Below are positions 1 to 9,315 of a DNA stretch of 64,000 bases, piece by piece (position 1 is the stretch's first letter; every line of letters starts with the position of its first letter). The stretch spans positions 36,552 to 100,551 of the forward strand of contig JBDLTF010000002.1 of assembly GCA_039799225.1 (NCBI GenBank), in the 5' to 3' direction. A program made the position numbers and the translations under genes. The notes under the pieces are model-generated. The model saw nothing but the letters and a program-made list of their open reading frames with translations, had not been told where the DNA came from and did not search any database. Source of the stretch: Candidatus Parcubacteria bacterium (lineage in GTDB: Bacteria > Patescibacteriota > Minisyncoccia > Phycocordibacterales > PALSA-1337).

Positions 1-386
1 TCAGGATCATTGGTTTCTCGAAAGCAGAAATAAAATGGTTCCAAATTTGCCTCTTCCTTCAATTTATCTCGTTCAGTTTTATTCTGAGTATGATAGAGTT
101 TTTGAGCACTTCCACTCTCTCCACTCTCGATAACACCATCAACATAAAAATGTGTACTGTTATGTTTTTTAAAATTATGAATACGCAGATGTGTTTCGTT
201 TTTCTTGTCCTCAAAAATCTGCTTCTGAGCTTGACCTAGATACTTCTCAACAAAATCGTAGAAATTTAAACTTCCAGAAATTTTATCAGAGAGTCTAAGA
301 TGTTTGGGTTCCTCACCATTTTTTTTGGATCGTTTCTTCTCAAGCACTGAGAGAGTATAGAGGGCTACTGAATATGTCTTTGCCAT
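1..386 (-). CDS. hypothetical protein, 5'-partial gene running off window start (N-terminus MAKTYSVALYTLSV... in window)
   Basis: Manual translation of minus strand from ATG (complement of 384-386) shows no stop through position 1; not in ORF track because it lacks an in-window stop. Confidence 0.35.
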   Translation of the reverse strand, partial: MAKTYSVALYTLSVLEKKRSKKNGEEPKHLRLSDKISGSLNFYDFVEKYLGQAQKQIFEDKKNETHLRIHNFKKHNSTHFYVDGVIESGESGSAQKLYHTQNKTERDKLKEEANLEPFYFCFRETNDP

Positions 387-520
387 AGAATTTAGGAAAG
401 CATTTAATGCAACGCTTTACTTATCAGGCATTCTATTGCTTTTTGAAGAAATAGCAAGCTCCTATAACTCCATGCAAACAAGCGCAATTTATAAATATTG
501 CGCTTGTTCTTAGATTGAAA

Positions 521-1096
521 CTACCTCCCCTTCACATCCATCACAACCCTATACATACCAAACGAAGGCATGCTCGTCGACATCGGGTACGGCTGAACTT
601 CTTTGAGAGTGAAAATGAGGGTGTCGGTCGTGATTGTCTCACCGATACTGATGGTCTGAGACATGGCTCCAGCGGGACTTGAGACATCGAAGACGACGAG
701 TGCCCTGCCTGCCTGGATACAGACGACATCGCTCGGACAGCGGCTATCTTCGACTATGCTTCGAGCCTTGATAGTAGTGTCACCAATAACCTTAGGTTCA
801 TCGAGAGCAACAGTGAACTCTTCATAGAGTGAGATGCCTCCACCACCAGCGGCAGGAGACGGACAGACGAACTCGCAGTGAGGACCAGAGCGACCGACAT
901 AGGTGCCGTCAGGACACATCATGGCGTCCATGGTACATGCGACGACATCATCAGAACCAGTACCATCATTCACGACAGGCTCAGGCTCTTGGCGCGGAGG
1001 CACCGGGATGGAATCACGGAACATGTAGGCGATACTGAGGATAAACACGAGGAAAACGAGCATGAATATTTGTTTGGTTGTAGACATGATAGACAT
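521..1096 (-). CDS. hypothetical membrane-anchored/secreted Cys-rich protein
   Basis: ORF track; N-terminal hydrophobic segment (FMLVFLVFILSIAYMF), Pro-rich linker, several Cys. Confidence 0.4.
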   Translation of the reverse strand: MSIMSTTKQIFMLVFLVFILSIAYMFRDSIPVPPRQEPEPVVNDGTGSDDVVACTMDAMMCPDGTYVGRSGPHCEFVCPSPAAGGGGISLYEEFTVALDEPKVIGDTTIKARSIVEDSRCPSDVVCIQAGRALVVFDVSSPAGAMSQTISIGETITTDTLIFTLKEVQPYPMSTSMPSFGMYRVVMDVKGR

Positions 1097-1151
1097 ATTA
1101 TATCAGATATGACGATTTGAAGGCTCTATATCTTACACGATAGAATAAATA

Positions 1152-1181
1152 TTGACTTTAACCATATAAATGTGATATAAT
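1152..1181 (+). promoter_or_regulatory. sigma70-like promoter TTGACT-18-TATAAT upstream of 1307 gene
   Basis: TTGACT at 1152-1157, TATAAT at 1176-1181. Confidence 0.5.
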
Positions 1182-1215
1182 ACGCGACAGGCAGACCTTT
1201 GATATTGGTGGCGAT

Positions 1216-1273
1216 TCACTACAGAAATCGACTCCCTATTTGCAAAAGAGATAGGAAGTCGCACCTGTAGTGA
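1216..1273 (+). promoter_or_regulatory. long imperfect hairpin in 5' leader of 1307 gene (tcactacag...ctgtagtga with nested cgact/agtcg and ccctat/atagg pairs)
   Basis: Inverted complementarity read directly: 9-bp outer stem plus inner stems. Confidence 0.4.
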
Positions 1274-1306
1274 ACAACGAATACACCAACACAAAAGCAA
1301 AGATGC

Positions 1307-1828
1307 ATGAAAAAATACATCGTCTCATGTCCACCTATCACACGCGAAGATATCATTGCAGCAGCGTTCGACAGTCGTGAGTTCTATCTCGAAACACGAG
1401 AGGGTTTGCGATTCGTCTTCATGGCAGGCTCATTCAGAGTGTTCCATGATAAAGTGTCCTATGTCTACCGTATGAACGGAAAAACCCTCCAGGAGGGTTC
1501 CCGTCCCGGAGTCGAGCCGTCTGACTGTTCCCTGTTAATCAAAGAAAGCGGCTCTGGTGAACTAGATATCCCGAAACCTGAAACCAACACCATCGAACAA
1601 TTGATGGCCATGAGCAACAGTCAGCTGCAAAAAATCATCACGGATTCTCGTAAGTTTGGCATAGTGACCAATCGAGATCTCCAGAAAAAAATGGCTGAAC
1701 TACCCATGCATGAAGCACTGGTACTGGAAGCCCGAGCGACGTGCAAAATGTCAGAAATTCCAATGTTCACCGAACTTGATTTCTCCTTTTTCTCCGCTAC
1801 AAGAAAGAGAAACCTGCATCGTGTATAG
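1307..1828 (+). CDS. hypothetical protein (173 aa)
   Basis: ORF track; consensus promoter and terminator flank it. Confidence 0.5.
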   Translation: MKKYIVSCPPITREDIIAAAFDSREFYLETREGLRFVFMAGSFRVFHDKVSYVYRMNGKTLQEGSRPGVEPSDCSLLIKESGSGELDIPKPETNTIEQLMAMSNSQLQKIITDSRKFGIVTNRDLQKKMAELPMHEALVLEARATCKMSEIPMFTELDFSFFSATRKRNLHRV

Positions 1829-1834
1829 TTTCAC

Positions 1835-1870
1835 TGACCGTGCTCCTTCTTGGGACACGGTCATTTTTAT
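1835..1870. terminator. rho-independent terminator (GACCGTG-loop-CACGGTC + T-run), bidirectional between 1307 gene and gyrA
   Basis: hairpin plus tcattttta. Confidence 0.55.
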
Positions 1871-1897
1871 ATATAAACTCTACTTAATAGTTTCCTG

Positions 1898-4375
1898 TTA
1901 CAAACAAATCAAACTCGCCAACGCATCCCCTTCTCTGAGCTTCATGACACGAACACCCTGAGTAGCGCGTGACAACTTCGGAATTTCCTTGAGATCGACG
2001 CGGATGACCTGAGACTTCTTGGACATAGCTACAATCTCCTCATCATCATCGGTAACAACCTTCGCAGAGATGAGCGGACCAGTCTTGGTGGTGACATTCA
2101 TAGTGAGGATACCGGAACCACCACGATTCTGGACTTTGTACTCAGAGAGAGAAGTCTTCTTACCATATCCATTGGCACCCATCACGAAGAGAGCCGGATT
2201 CTTGGCATCAGGAGAAATAACATCAGCAGAGATGACGTGATCATTCTTATCTATCTTGATTGCGCGAACACCAGCGGCGTTGCGACCCATCTCACGAATA
2301 TCTTCACTCTCGAAATGAATAGACTGACCTTCCTTGGTAGCCATCATGACCGTGTCCTTCTTAGAAATAAATGATGCAGAGATGAGCTCGTCACCTGATT
2401 CAAGGGTGATAGCGATGAGACCCGAGCGACGAACATCCTTGAATTGGGATGCGGCCGTCTTCTTGCCCGTGCCACCCTTGGTAACCATCATGAGCGAGAG
2501 TCCCTCGGCTTCCTTCTTGTTCTTAGGAACTGCGAGAATCGAAGTCACCTTCTCATTCTCAGCGAGAGAAATGAAGTTCATGATCGACTTACCACGAGTT
2601 GCGCGCTTACCTTCGGGAATGTCATACATCTTGATCTGATATGCCTTACCCTTGTCAGTGAAGAACAAGAGTTCGTTGTGTGTCGTAGCAAACACGAGGT
2701 GCGTAATGAAATCCTCTTCCTTTGTATCGAGGTCAACAACTCCCACACCACCGCGCTTCTGCTTGCGATACTCGTCAGGATTGGTGCGCTTGATATAGCC
2801 ACCCTTGGTGAGGACGAGCACAGACTCTTCATCAGCGATGAGATCTTCAGGATTGAATTCCTTCACGCCATGCTTAACAATCTTGGTGCGGCGTTCATTG
2901 CCATACTTCGCCTTGATTTCGGTGAGCTCAGTCTTGATCATGCCACGAACTTTTTTCTCAGAGCTAAGAATACTCTTGAGCTCTTCGATGAGAGCCTGAA
3001 CTTCCTTGAGCTCGTCGAGAACCTTCTTGCGCTCGAGACCAGCGAGCTTCTGGAGACGCATATCGAGAATTGCCTGCGCCTGAACATCGCTAAACTTGAA
3101 CTTCTTCATGAGGCCCGCCTTGGCATCAGCGACATCCTTGGACGCGCGAATGAGCGTGATGATTTCATCGATGTGATCGAGTGCCTTCTTGAGACCGAGC
3201 AAGATGTGCTCACGATCTTCAGCACGGCGAAGGTCGAAGGCTGTGCGTCTGCGGATGACTTCGATGCGGTGTGCAACGAATTCCTGGAGGATGGACTTGA
3301 GCGACAGTGTCTGAGGCACGCCGTGGACCAAGGCCACCATGTTCATATGGAAAGTCTCTTCGAGCTGAGTATGCTTGTACAGAATGTTGAGGATCTTCTC
3401 AGGATACGCGCCATTCTTGAGATCGATAGCGATACGCATCTCCTTGTCAGACTCATCACGGAGCGCACGAACACCTTCGACAACTTTCTCGCGAACAAGG
3501 TCAGCGATGCGCATGATGAGCTCAGCCTTGTTCACACGATATGGGATGGAGCTGATGATGATCTGATACTGCCCCTTCTTGTCTTCAACAATCTCAGCCT
3601 CTCCACGCACGGTCATACCACCGCGACCGGTAGCGTATGCATGATGAATATCTTTCTCGCCATACAAGACTGCTCCTGTTGGGAAATCAGGACCCTTGAT
3701 GAACTGGAGAATATCTTCAGCGGTCGCATCTTTGTTGTCGACAAGATGAACGGTGGCATCCACGACCTCACCGAGGTTGTGTGGAGCAATGTTGGTAGCC
3801 ATACCGACAGCGATACCGAGCGTACCATTCAAGAGCAAGTTTGGAACTGCAGTCGGCAAAACTGTTGGCTCCTTGCGAGTACCATCATAGTTGGGACGGA
3901 AATCAACAGTCTCCTTATCTATATCGCGGAGCAATTCAGCGGCAACACGAGCCATCTTGGCCTCGGTATAACGCATAGCAGCGGCTGAGTCACCGTCGAC
4001 AGTACCGAAGTTACCCTGACCCTGAATGAGCGGATAGCGCATGGTGAAATCCTGCGCCATCTTCACCATGGAGTCATACACTGCAACGTCGCCGTGTGGG
4101 TGGTAGTTACCGAGCACATCTCCGACCACGACCGCTGATTTGCGGAACTTGGATTGGAAGGTCAACCCCTTCTCATGCATGGCATAGAGGATGCGGCGAT
4201 GCACCGGCTTGAGACCGTCACGAACATCAGGAAGCGCACGGTCAGTGATGACCGACATAGCGTAGTCGAGAAAAGACTCACGCATTTCTGTGGAGATGTT
4301 GCGAGCTACCACGCCAGCGCCTTCAGGTCGGATCGGTGCTTCTTCCGTTACGGATTTGTCAGTCTTTTTGGCCAT
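1898..4375 (-). CDS. gyrA: DNA gyrase subunit A
   Basis: ORF track; MAKKTD... [19 protein letters not shown] motif, C-terminal beta-pinwheel repeats; start moved to ATG at 4373-4375 (MAKKTDKS) preceded by TATAAT. Confidence 0.93.
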   Translation of the reverse strand: MAKKTDKSVTEEAPIRPEGAGVVARNISTEMRESFLDYAMSVITDRALPDVRDGLKPVHRRILYAMHEKGLTFQSKFRKSAVVVGDVLGNYHPHGDVAVYDSMVKMAQDFTMRYPLIQGQGNFGTVDGDSAAAMRYTEAKMARVAAELLRDIDKETVDFRPNYDGTRKEPTVLPTAVPNLLLNGTLGIAVGMATNIAPHNLGEVVDATVHLVDNKDATAEDILQFIKGPDFPTGAVLYGEKDIHHAYATGRGGMTVRGEAEIVEDKKGQYQIIISSIPYRVNKAELIMRIADLVREKVVEGVRALRDESDKEMRIAIDLKNGAYPEKILNILYKHTQLEETFHMNMVALVHGVPQTLSLKSILQEFVAHRIEVIRRRTAFDLRRAEDREHILLGLKKALDHIDEIITLIRASKDVADAKAGLMKKFKFSDVQAQAILDMRLQKLAGLERKKVLDELKEVQALIEELKSILSSEKKVRGMIKTELTEIKAKYGNERRTKIVKHGVKEFNPEDLIADEESVLVLTKGGYIKRTNPDEYRKQKRGGVGVVDLDTKEEDFITHLVFATTHNELLFFTDKGKAYQIKMYDIPEGKRATRGKSIMNFISLAENEKVTSILAVPKNKKEAEGLSLMMVTKGGTGKKTAASQFKDVRRSGLIAITLESGDELISASFISKKDTVMMATKEGQSIHFESEDIREMGRNAAGVRAIKIDKNDHVISADVISPDAKNPALFVMGANGYGKKTSLSEYKVQNRGGSGILTMNVTTKTGPLISAKVVTDDDEEIVAMSKKSQVIRVDLKEIPKLSRATQGVRVMKLREGDALASLICL

Positions 4376-4475
4376 TTGAAGCTCAATTATAGCAAAAATG
4401 AGGTGTGGTGTCAGCTTGACATACGACCAACATTCATGCGAATGTTTTAGCAGTTTCACCCAAGAACCTTAACAA

Positions 4476-4949
4476 TTGAATATCATGAAAAAACTATATT
4501 GTTTGATGGGATGCTTAGCTCTCCTGCTAGCACTCTCATTCCTCGGCTGTGACAGTGGTACCCGTTCTGTTCCTGGTGGATATGTCGCCATAAAAAAGAG
4601 TGGTGCCGTCCTCATGTCGGGAGAATATTACCATCTCACCGATAATCCTCATCTCGTCCGCATCTCGGTAAATGTTCCCTTACAAGTGACTGTCACAAAT
4701 TCGTACAATCACCCGTCATGGAGTTCGACCTTGGTCGGAATAACGGTATACACCACCGAAAACTTCGTCGAGCAGGAAAAAATCTTGATGAACACGGGAT
4801 ATGTTGAGGACTTGCTCTACAAAAAAATGAAGCAAGAAAATTGGATGATGGTGCGGCGAGTTGAGCCTTATGGACAATCACCAAGATTCATCTTGGAACA
4901 AGGTAACGTGCCACCATCAATCAACCTCTCACAGCTCACAAGTAACTGA
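4476..4949 (+). CDS. hypothetical lipoprotein (signal peptide + lipobox LSFLGC)
   Basis: ORF track; N-terminal signal and lipobox Cys. Confidence 0.5.
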   Translation: MNIMKKLYCLMGCLALLLALSFLGCDSGTRSVPGGYVAIKKSGAVLMSGEYYHLTDNPHLVRISVNVPLQVTVTNSYNHPSWSSTLVGITVYTTENFVEQEKILMNTGYVEDLLYKKMKQENWMMVRRVEPYGQSPRFILEQGNVPPSINLSQLTSN

Positions 4950-4961
4950 CCCTGATTTCAC

Positions 4962-4994
4962 CCGCGCCGCGACACACTGTCGGCGCGGTTTTTA
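4962..4994 (+). terminator. GC-rich rho-independent terminator CCGCGCCG-loop-CGGCGCGG + T-run (copy 1)
   Basis: hairpin + ttttta; 32-nt identical to copy at 5577-5608. Confidence 0.6.
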
Positions 4995-5060
4995 TTTGGT
5001 TCAATTCATTGACCTCAATCTCAAAAAATGCTCTAATCATCGCCAGAGAAAGGAATAACC

Positions 5061-5558
5061 ATGCACCATTCAGACCTAGAGGACATCCTCAAGAAAGCAT
5101 CGGTGGTAGTTGCTCAAGCTTGCAAAATCAATCATCACGAAGGAAAGCAGGGTGGATACCTTTGCATCGCCACTTCGAGCGGCGTGATTGAAACCGTCAC
5201 ATTGATAGGTACAGTCCCTGAACCTGCAAAAGCGAAAAAGTACTTCGACTACTGCCAAGAGAAGGCCATTCGTCTCGCACACCATCGTGACCATAAGAGC
5301 AGTTGGGAAAGCAAAGATGCGGCGAGAGAATGTCGTGGCGGAGCCATCCGTTGCAAGGAAAATATTCTCTCGTTTGCAGGGCTTCCTGAGCACTGGGATG
5401 AAGCTGTCGTCCTTACTATCGGATACCTCGGACCCCACCGAATTATCTCCCATGCAGACCTCGAGAACATCTGTCGGATCAGCAGCGTCAACAACCACGT
5501 CCACAAACTCATCAGTGCTTGCGCTGATGAAACACTGAGACTGAGGAGGACTCATTAA
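5061..5558 (+). CDS. GlcG/HbpS-like (DUF336) protein, putative
   Basis: ORF track; CQEKAIRLA and RGGAI...SFAGLPEHWDEA resemble DUF336 conserved blocks; TTGACC-17-TCTAAT promoter and AAAGGA RBS upstream. Confidence 0.45.
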   Translation: MHHSDLEDILKKASVVVAQACKINHHEGKQGGYLCIATSSGVIETVTLIGTVPEPAKAKKYFDYCQEKAIRLAHHRDHKSSWESKDAARECRGGAIRCKENILSFAGLPEHWDEAVVLTIGYLGPHRIISHADLENICRISSVNNHVHKLISACADETLRLRRTH

Positions 5559-5576
5559 ACACTCTTCTCAAGCACA

Positions 5577-5610
5577 CCGCGCCGCGACACACTGTCGGCG
5601 CGGTTTTTTA
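5577..5610 (+). terminator. GC-rich rho-independent terminator (copy 2, identical stem-loop to 4962-4993)
   Basis: same hairpin + tttttt. Confidence 0.6.
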
Positions 5611-5627
5611 TATATTAAAATGCGAGA

Positions 5628-5924
5628 CTACTTCCCTGGAGAGACCTCCACCTCCGCATACTGAATCTTCTTTGAGCCGAAAACCATTTCTTTGATATCT
5701 ACGAAAAAGCTGCCAACGTTAGCGAGAAGAGACTGACTTGGAGTTCCTGCCTTCTCAACTGCGGAAGCGATAGCGGCAGAAGGTGCGGTACCTGTCAGCG
5801 AGAATGACGCTGCCCAAAACATGAATATAACAACTGTGATGCCAAAAGATGACCAGAATGCGATGCGCGAGCGCACATGTTCCGGCTTTGTACGCAAATG
5901 TTCGAGAGTAGTCTGGAGAGACAT
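5628..5924 (-). CDS. hypothetical small membrane protein (98 aa)
   Basis: ORF track; central hydrophobic segment; immediately downstream of MBL-fold gene on same strand. Confidence 0.4.
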   Translation of the reverse strand: MSLQTTLEHLRTKPEHVRSRIAFWSSFGITVVIFMFWAASFSLTGTAPSAAIASAVEKAGTPSQSLLANVGSFFVDIKEMVFGSKKIQYAEVEVSPGK

Positions 5925-5936
5925 ACTCTTATTATA

Positions 5937-6569
5937 CTACTCCCTCTCCAAAACAACCACATCCGCTTCTTTACCTTCGAGATCCTTCTTCTTGAGAGTG
6001 AGCTTCGGCTCAGGCTTTGGGTTCTCCCCTGCTTCCTTGAGGAATTTCTTGAGTGCATCCTTGTCACCCATATCGCCATAATTTACCGGAATAACAATCT
6101 TGGGACCCATGGAGACTGCGAGCTTGTATGCCTGAGCCGCATCGAGTACACCGTCGCCACTAATAGGAACAAAAAGAATATCTACTTCATCGATATTTTC
6201 ATCAGCTTCTTTGGGAAGCTCTGCTGAGCTAATACCACCGAGGAAACAAATGTTCATACCCTCGAGTGACACTGTATATATAGTATTGATGCGCTTCTCA
6301 CCACCATAGTTTGATTCAGAAGCAAATCCTTTGATGAAAACTCCTTTGACCTCATATTCTCCAGGACCGGAAATAGCAAAAGGTTTCTTCTCACCAAAGA
6401 TTACTTGATCAACACCATTCATATCTTCATGGTTGACGCTGGTAAGTACGATGTCTGCGCCAAACTTACCCGCTTTGAGCTTGGAATCTTTTGAAACAGG
6501 ATTGAATGCGAGGACAGTGTCGCCAAATTGAACCTTTACGAATTGTCCGCCGAGGTAGGTAATAATCAT
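5937..6569 (-). CDS. MBL-fold metal-dependent hydrolase-like (UPF0173-like, degenerate HxHxDH)
   Basis: ORF track; MIITYLGGQFVKVQFGD...LTSVNHEDMNG resembles beta-lactamase-fold hydrolases; start placed at internal ATG because track start is GTG overlapping a GGAGG. Confidence 0.5.
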   Translation of the reverse strand: MIITYLGGQFVKVQFGDTVLAFNPVSKDSKLKAGKFGADIVLTSVNHEDMNGVDQVIFGEKKPFAISGPGEYEVKGVFIKGFASESNYGGEKRINTIYTVSLEGMNICFLGGISSAELPKEADENIDEVDILFVPISGDGVLDAAQAYKLAVSMGPKIVIPVNYGDMGDKDALKKFLKEAGENPKPEPKLTLKKKDLEGKEADVVVLERE

Positions 6570-6764
6570 AGGTAGGAGTAATTTAGCATAGGAAAAGATA
6601 AATAAAAAGAGCTTCACCTCCTACACCCTCCTCGACAAAACCGCAATTCTACGATACTATCGCTCTTGTAAGGCCTACCGCCTTTTTCGTGTCAGTTCTT
6701 AACAACTCGCGTTATCCCGAACTTTACTATTATTAATTTAAAAAACGGGGCGCGAGAATATATC

Positions 6765-7937
6765 ATGTTCAAAAAGAAAGTAATTGTAGAAGAGAAAGAG
6801 ACCGCAGTTGAGGCAGCCGACAAGGCCGCTAACGCCGCAAAGAAGCCGAAGGAGATGGAGCTCACCGACGCACAGAAAGCCAGCCTTATGGGTGGCCTTG
6901 TTCCGTCTATGAAGACCCCTCCTGCTGTCGGAGACCTCGTCGAAGGACCGGTCATCGCCATCGAGAAGTCGTCAGTATATATTGACCTCGCTCCATTCGG
7001 TACTGGTATTATTTACGGCCGTGAATTTATCATCGCCCGCGATGTGATCAAGAAGATCAACGTTGGTGACGTTATCGCAGCCAAGATCGTAGACAACACT
7101 CACAAGGAAGGTTACCTCGAGCTCTCCCTCAAGGAAGCTCGCCAGGCACTCATCTGGAGCGAAGCGGAGTCTGCTATCAAGGAGAAGAAGACTCTCGACC
7201 TCCTCGTCAAGGAAGCCAACAAGGGCGGACTTATGATCGAGTGGCAAGGTATCATCGGATTCCTCCCTGCTTCCCAGCTCAAGTCGGAACACTATCCGAA
7301 GGTTGCTGACGGAGACAAGGATAAGATTCTCGAAGAGCTCAAGAAGCTCGTCGGTACTCGCCTCCAGGTCGCTATCATCACTGCAGATCCGAAGGAAGGC
7401 AAGCTCATCTTCTCTGAGAAGGGTCAGGAGACCAAGGAGAAGGAGAAGGTTGTCAGTAAGTATGAGATCGGCGATGAGGTTGACGGATCAGTCACTGGTG
7501 TCGTCGACTTCGGTGTCTTCATCAAGCTCGAGGAAGGTCTCGAGGGACTCGTTCATATTTCAGAGATCGATTGGGGTCTCGTGGATGATCCTCGCAACTT
7601 CGTGAAGGTCGGACAGAAGATCAAGGCCAAGATCATTGAGATCAAGGACGGCAAGATTTCTCTCTCACTCAAGCAGATGAAGGCCAACCCATGGTCAGAG
7701 GCTGCTAAGAAGTACAAGAAGGATATGTCAGTCACTGGTGTCATCATCAAGTTCAACAAGCATGGTGCACTCGCCTCAATCGAGGAAGGAGTCGCTGGCT
7801 TGGTGCATGTCTCAGAGTTTGGTTCCGAGGAGAAGCTCCGCAAGGCGCTCGAGCTCGGCAAGACTTATCCGTTCAAGATAACCCTCTTCGATCCAAAGGA
7901 TCAGAAGATGGCACTCTCATTCTCAGGAACGAAATAA
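6765..7937 (+). CDS. rpsA: 30S ribosomal protein S1 (short, four S1 domains)
   Basis: ORF track; repeated S1 OB-fold motifs (GDLVEGPVIAIEK..., GDEVDGSVTGVVDFGVFIKL..., VTGVIIKFNKHGALASI). Confidence 0.8.
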   Translation: MFKKKVIVEEKETAVEAADKAANAAKKPKEMELTDAQKASLMGGLVPSMKTPPAVGDLVEGPVIAIEKSSVYIDLAPFGTGIIYGREFIIARDVIKKINVGDVIAAKIVDNTHKEGYLELSLKEARQALIWSEAESAIKEKKTLDLLVKEANKGGLMIEWQGIIGFLPASQLKSEHYPKVADGDKDKILEELKKLVGTRLQVAIITADPKEGKLIFSEKGQETKEKEKVVSKYEIGDEVDGSVTGVVDFGVFIKLEEGLEGLVHISEIDWGLVDDPRNFVKVGQKIKAKIIEIKDGKISLSLKQMKANPWSEAAKKYKKDMSVTGVIIKFNKHGALASIEEGVAGLVHVSEFGSEEKLRKALELGKTYPFKITLFDPKDQKMALSFSGTK

Positions 7938-7945
7938 AAAACAAA

Positions 7946-7975
7946 AAAACCGCTCATCTCGAGCGGTTTTTTGTT
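7946..7975 (+). terminator. rho-independent terminator (AAACCGCTC-atctc-GAGCGGTTT + T-run)
   Basis: hairpin read directly after rpsA stop. Confidence 0.6.
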
Positions 7976-7985
7976 ATCCAAATCT

Positions 7986-8600
7986 CTACATCCCATTAAA
8001 CAACGTCATCGCCTTCTCCCTGCTCTCTTTGACGATTGTCTCCACTGCCTCAGCGACCCTCTTCGAAACCTTCTTGAGTTCCTTCATTTCCTCATCCTTG
8101 AATTTACCGAGAATGAATTTCTCAATTTTCTCATCACCATGCGGCGTCTTGGCATTGCCTTTTGCATTCTCGGGAGCGACACCAACACGGATGCGCACAA
8201 ATGCTTCTGTCTTGACCGCCTTGATGATGGACTCAACACCATTGTGACCACCTGAGCTTCGATTATATGAAATACGAATCTTACCGAGCGGAAGATTGAA
8301 GTCATCATAGATGACCACGAGATCATCTGCCGTCTTCATCTTGAGTTTCTTATTCGTCTTCACCTTCACGAGCGGACCGATAGCCTTGCCGGAATTGTTC
8401 ATGAAAGTATCTGGCGCGATGAATGTCGCCTTCTCTTTACCGATCTTCCCTACTGCAACCTGCGCGTTCAACTTTTTATTATATTCGAAATCATCACCAA
8501 ACTCCGCACGTACAGAATCAAGCACGATGCGTCCCGTGTTGTGACGCGTGTTCAGATATTCTTCTCCTGGATTTCCGAGTCCTGCAATAATGTATGACAT
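7986..8600 (-). CDS. pth: peptidyl-tRNA hydrolase
   Basis: ORF track; MSYIIAGLGNPGEEY...HNG Pth signature; start moved to ATG at 8598-8600. Confidence 0.85.
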   Translation of the reverse strand: MSYIIAGLGNPGEEYLNTRHNTGRIVLDSVRAEFGDDFEYNKKLNAQVAVGKIGKEKATFIAPDTFMNNSGKAIGPLVKVKTNKKLKMKTADDLVVIYDDFNLPLGKIRISYNRSSGGHNGVESIIKAVKTEAFVRIRVGVAPENAKGNAKTPHGDEKIEKFILGKFKDEEMKELKKVSKRVAEAVETIVKESREKAMTLFNGM

Positions 8601-8706
8601 GGCAAAAGTATACGGGCGACGCGAGAAAGGTGCAAGCGCACAAAAAATATATCCGACACGCTTCAAACTCTTGTGTCAAATGATTCTCAGGAGTATAATA
8701 GGCTCC

Positions 8707-9300
8707 ATGCAGAATGATAACGACCTCAAACCCGAGCTAAATACGAAGCTATCGGGAACTATGAGTGCCCTCCGTGAATGGGTACAGGTTATCGTCATCG
8801 CTCTCATCGTCGCCCTCCCTATCCGCTTCTTCGTCGCCGAACCATTCATCGTGAATGGCGCATCGATGGATCCTACATTTTCCACCGGCCAATTCCTCGT
8901 CGTTGACCGCCTCACCTATCGTTTCGGAAATCCAGACCGTGGTGATGTTGTCGTCTTCGAATATCCCAATGATCCAACCGTCTACTACATCAAACGTATC
9001 ATCGGACTTCCCAACGAGACTGTTGCTATAAAAAAGGGCAAAGTCACCATCATCAATGAGTCACATCCTGAAGGAATTGAACTCGACGAGTCATATATCG
9101 ATGCGGCACATGCTTCTGTCGATACGCTCACCGTGACTCTCGGCAAGAATGAATACTTCGTCATGGGAGACAATCGTTCCCAGAGCTCAGACTCGCGCGT
9201 CTGGGGCCCACTCAACGAGAATTTCATCGTTGGTCGACCAATCGTGAGACTCTTGCCATTCGGCAGCATCAGCATCCTGCCGGGATCGTTGAATGATTAG
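8707..9300 (+). CDS. lepB: signal peptidase I
   Basis: ORF track; TM then SPase I boxes (GASMDPT, VVFEYP..YIKRIIGLPNE, GDNRSQSSDSR); start chosen at ATG 8707 after AGGAG, track start overlaps pth. Confidence 0.75.
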   Translation: MQNDNDLKPELNTKLSGTMSALREWVQVIVIALIVALPIRFFVAEPFIVNGASMDPTFSTGQFLVVDRLTYRFGNPDRGDVVVFEYPNDPTVYYIKRIIGLPNETVAIKKGKVTIINESHPEGIELDESYIDAAHASVDTLTVTLGKNEYFVMGDNRSQSSDSRVWGPLNENFIVGRPIVRLLPFGSISILPGSLND

Positions 9301-9315
9301 CGAAAAACTAAACCC

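Noticed and set aside
2444-3988. 514-aa plus-strand ORF (and many shorter ORFs) antisense to gyrA, dnaE, copA, nrdJ and other large genes
   Set aside because: Low-complexity, stop-free antisense frames of genuine long genes; no start signals, and the overlapped genes have unmistakable homology.
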